Below are positions 60,892-64,000 of a stretch of 64,000 nucleotides of DNA, one piece after another. Source of the DNA: Paraphysomonas bandaiensis. Taxonomy: Eukaryota; Protista; Chrysophyceae. Positions within the stretch are counted from its first letter, which is position 1. Every line of letters begins with the position of its first letter. The notes beneath the pieces are model-generated. The model saw only the letters and a list, made by a program, of their open reading frames with translations, did no database searches and had not been told where the DNA came from. The stretch is taken from positions 62,001 through 126,000 of the forward strand of contig CBFFRP010000397.1 of assembly GCA_965644295.1 (NCBI GenBank). Reading direction: 5' to 3'. Made by a program: the position numbers and the translations under genes.

Positions 60892-61562
60892 TATACAGTG
60901 TTTTATAATTAGAATGATATGAACTCAATAACTGAATAAGTATAATATAGAATAGATAGTAATTAATCTTGACTATATGATCTCATTGATAGAAGTGGAG
61001 TGGAGGATATTGCTCGTGTTTGAGTGCAGTTAAAACAATTGTGTTTAATGGAGAGTGTTATGGGTATATGCATATGTATGTATATGTACTGTGTATATAC
61101 AATTGGATCTCCTCGCCTGCTTTTCAGCAGTTAATATAAAAACCCTTGAAAGATGACAAAAATAAATGGGAAACTATAAAAATCACCTAAAACTAAGTTT
61201 TTGCACAAACATAAAAAGACAATCAAACCAACTAAAAACTTCGACCAATAGATCTGTCTTACTTTGATCCTGATTGGTGAAAAGATATACACTTCCTAAC
61301 GAAGTGTGTCGTAGTCTGCACATGTCCGTCATTTTCTGTCGTTGAAGGAACATTGAAGTACACATCGACAAGTACACTACAATCCATATACACAGATACG
61401 TCAATGCACTGTATATAAAGTAGTTGGATGTCCACAATCATATACAAGAGCATCAGTGTTCATGTATCTATCAATACGTAACACAGGCACATCATAATCC
61501 ATATTCTACCATTGATTACATATATTGCCAATACTTAGCCATTGCATTATACTTATCAGATC

Positions 61563-61823
61563 ATGGATAACGAGAAGAAATCAAAGCGTCCAGCAGATGA
61601 AATAGATGCAATCAAAGAACCAGTTGCAAAGCTGGCACGAGTGATAGATGACTGTGAGGATAAAGTGCACTGTGCCGCTGTCAAAGAAGATATCGATGCA
61701 ACGACTGAAATGATACAAGGTGATTCCGTATCAGAGAAGGATAACAAAAGCGATCTGTCGAAGGCACTGGAGGATACGACGAAGACTATTGTGGAGAGCA
61801 TTGAATCTTTCAACGAGTTTTAA
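61563..61823 (+). CDS. Hypothetical small acidic protein
   Basis: 86-aa ORF MDNEKKSKRPADE... with coding-like composition and an NLS-like start. Confidence 0.4.
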   Translation: MDNEKKSKRPADEIDAIKEPVAKLARVIDDCEDKVHCAAVKEDIDATTEMIQGDSVSEKDNKSDLSKALEDTTKTIVESIESFNEF

Positions 61824-62205
61824 TCATTATTTTACTCTGTTATCTTTTAATTTTTCACAATTATGGTTGATTGATCGTCGATGAAGTTCTCAGTATATAT
61901 GTAGTTTAACTAATTCTATTTAGCTTTCACGACCATCTCATCACTCTTTATAACTGCTATCGTAGCTGCAATGAATACAACACCAGAATGTTGAACAATT
62001 TTCTAGCTTCAGATTAGCGGAGGCTGTGTAAAGCTATCACCTTACTATTTATTATTATACGACGATGGATTAAGAGCAAATCTCAAATATACACATATAT
62101 CTATTCTCTGCTCGTACTATGAGAAAACCCATACAGAAAAACACCACGACATCGATACAATATAATGTATTCTGATCAATAGTGGCTTTAGAAGTGATGA
62201 GAACA

Positions 62206-64000
62206 TTAGTGGATACTTAATCTGGAAATAGAAAGCAAGGAAGAGCGCTGAGCTTCATCCTCATCGTCAAATTCTCTCAGATCTGCATCAGTTTTATATT
62301 CGTAACCCTCAGAGATGTAGTAAAAAATGACTTGGTTGATCACCATCAGGCCGGCAAGGAGAAAGAAATAGTAGTCCAAATGCCCATCATCAAGATTTTC
62401 TGGAACCCATTCTTCACCAAATATCCCCGAATTGACGATGAGGAGCAGCGGTATCGTCAACCAGGACCCAAGAGCTGTCGTAAATAGATTCAGAGCCTGG
62501 GAGACAGAGCGCATAGACGTCGGTGCCTGCGAGTAAAAGAACTCAAGAGATGTTATGGAAGCCAGTATCTCTGACACGCCAATAAGACAGAACTGAGGAA
62601 TCTGAAAACAGTTGCATGAGCATACTACATATACATGTATCCAACACAAGAGTACACACACCTGCCAGAAAACGGAGATATGGCTCATCTGTGGGATGTC
62701 GTCACACTTGATACACGTTAAATTCAGGTACATGTATGATCCACTGGGATAGTAATCATTGCACCCATTGATTTGGTGGCAGTTGAGTGGCTCATCCACG
62801 TCTCCCTGCATATTTATGCGAGTGAATAAACACACCACAATATATCAGAAATATATCCTACCTTCCCTGCCTCCCATTTTTGGTATTGATAAGGATCATA
62901 GTCGTCTATATTCTGACAAGGTGAGATGTTGTCTCTCGCACTCTTGTCATAGTAATCACCCTGCTCTGGGCTTTCTTTTAGGCGGTATATCTCGACAAGA
63001 GCCGCCACCACCATTGCAAGAGCAGCGAAGATGAAGCCCCACCCAATGCGATCCAACATACTGGCTTTAATTCCCCTATTCTTCAGAGCAGGGTATAGAT
63101 AGGAGTCAAATAGTGGTACTAAACACAGGATAGCTATGGTATCAAAGAGACTGAGAGCTGATACAGGAACTTTCACAGGACCAACACTCAGATCCATCTG
63201 ACAACCTTGGTTCTGAAAGGCAGTACTCATTTGACCATATATACCCCAGTACCCTATCAGTACACCAAGAAAAGGAAGAAGCCGAGTTACAAGTTTAACG
63301 GAGTCCACCTTGTTTTGAGAGTAGGAGCCGCCATACTTATCGCATGCTCGATCCAACACTACTCCCGTGCCAGTCTCAGCCCTACGATTTGTCCATATCG
63401 CTTCCCAGCATACCGCAAGCGTTGATCCCACAACACTTCCCTGAGGTTCAGACACCTTGTAACGAGGGGTTCCTGCTAGAAATATTAGGATAGCGAGCCC
63501 CATCATGATACAAGGTATCATGTATCCAACAAAGAACCCCCAGTTTTGTCCACCTAATTGCGGAATGCCATACTGACATATATAACTCACTAGAGTGTAT
63601 GATACGCCTGCACCAAGGTTGATAGACCAATAGAACCTGTCATCATGCGGGATGCATTACAATTACTGTATACAACAAAGGAAATAGGTACCAGTTGAAG
63701 AAAGACTCTTTCTCTAGACGATCCTGCTCGTAACGTTCGTCAAATTGATCTGCCCCCATAGTGCATACATTGGGTTTGATACCCCCGGTACCAATTGCAA
63801 TAATGTATATGGCAGGAAATATGATACCCGGGCTCGCCTCTCCAGGAATGCTGCCCAAAACCACAAGAACCAAACCAACCATGTAGATGGTACTGAAAAC
63901 AAGAATTGCTCGATATCTGCCCAAGTAGGTATCCGCGATATATCCGCCAACTAAGGGTGTAACGTAACATGCACCCGCCCACGCTGAGTACTACAATAAC
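62206..64000 (-). CDS. POT/PTR (NPF) proton-dependent oligopeptide transporter, 5' end outside the window, multi-exon
   Basis: YVTPLVGGYIADTYLGRY, IAIGTGGIKPNVCTMGADQF, SFFNWFYWSINLG, QIPQFCLIGVSEILASITSLEFFYSQAPTSMRS, LDYYFFLLAGL. Confidence 0.95.

Overview
Gene-dense eukaryotic nuclear DNA with short (~45-65 nt) GT-AG introns. The gene set looks protist-like, probably a stramenopile (inference only). Host genes alternate almost perfectly in strand as head-to-head pairs: a KNR4/SMI1 3' fragment, a giant secreted EGF/Calx-beta/PA14/filamin protein, an EF-hand/RCC1/F5-8C protein, SUV3 helicase, a SUN-domain protein, prefoldin 3, proteasome RPT3, a myristoylated EF-hand protein, a vWA-like protein, a coiled-coil actin-related protein, PIKfyve/FAB1, an SGNH/PC-esterase-like protein, an RGS-RGS-DENN-like protein, a POT/PTR transporter and a solitary 5S rRNA gene. 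The most striking feature is a 7.8-kb non-LTR retrotransposon (46362-54152, 15-bp TSD, 5'-truncated). Besides APE, RT, RNase H and a Zn finger, it encodes a SET lysine-methyltransferase domain fused in front of the endonuclease, and an OTU-like cysteine protease in the upstream ORF. A ~600-bp non-autonomous partner family (35222-36307) shares its 3' tail and starts with an HDV-like ribozyme-shaped 5' head. One copy is nested in another, and the outer copy carries a twin-priming-type 5' inversion. Also present: a 4.1-kb foldback element with ~1.77-kb inverted arms and a TATT TSD, a 157-bp hAT-type MITE, a decayed Copia RNase H/LTR relic that the LINE appears to have inserted into, and a ~500-bp (TATG)n tract. 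All calls are from reading motifs by eye; no database searches were run.
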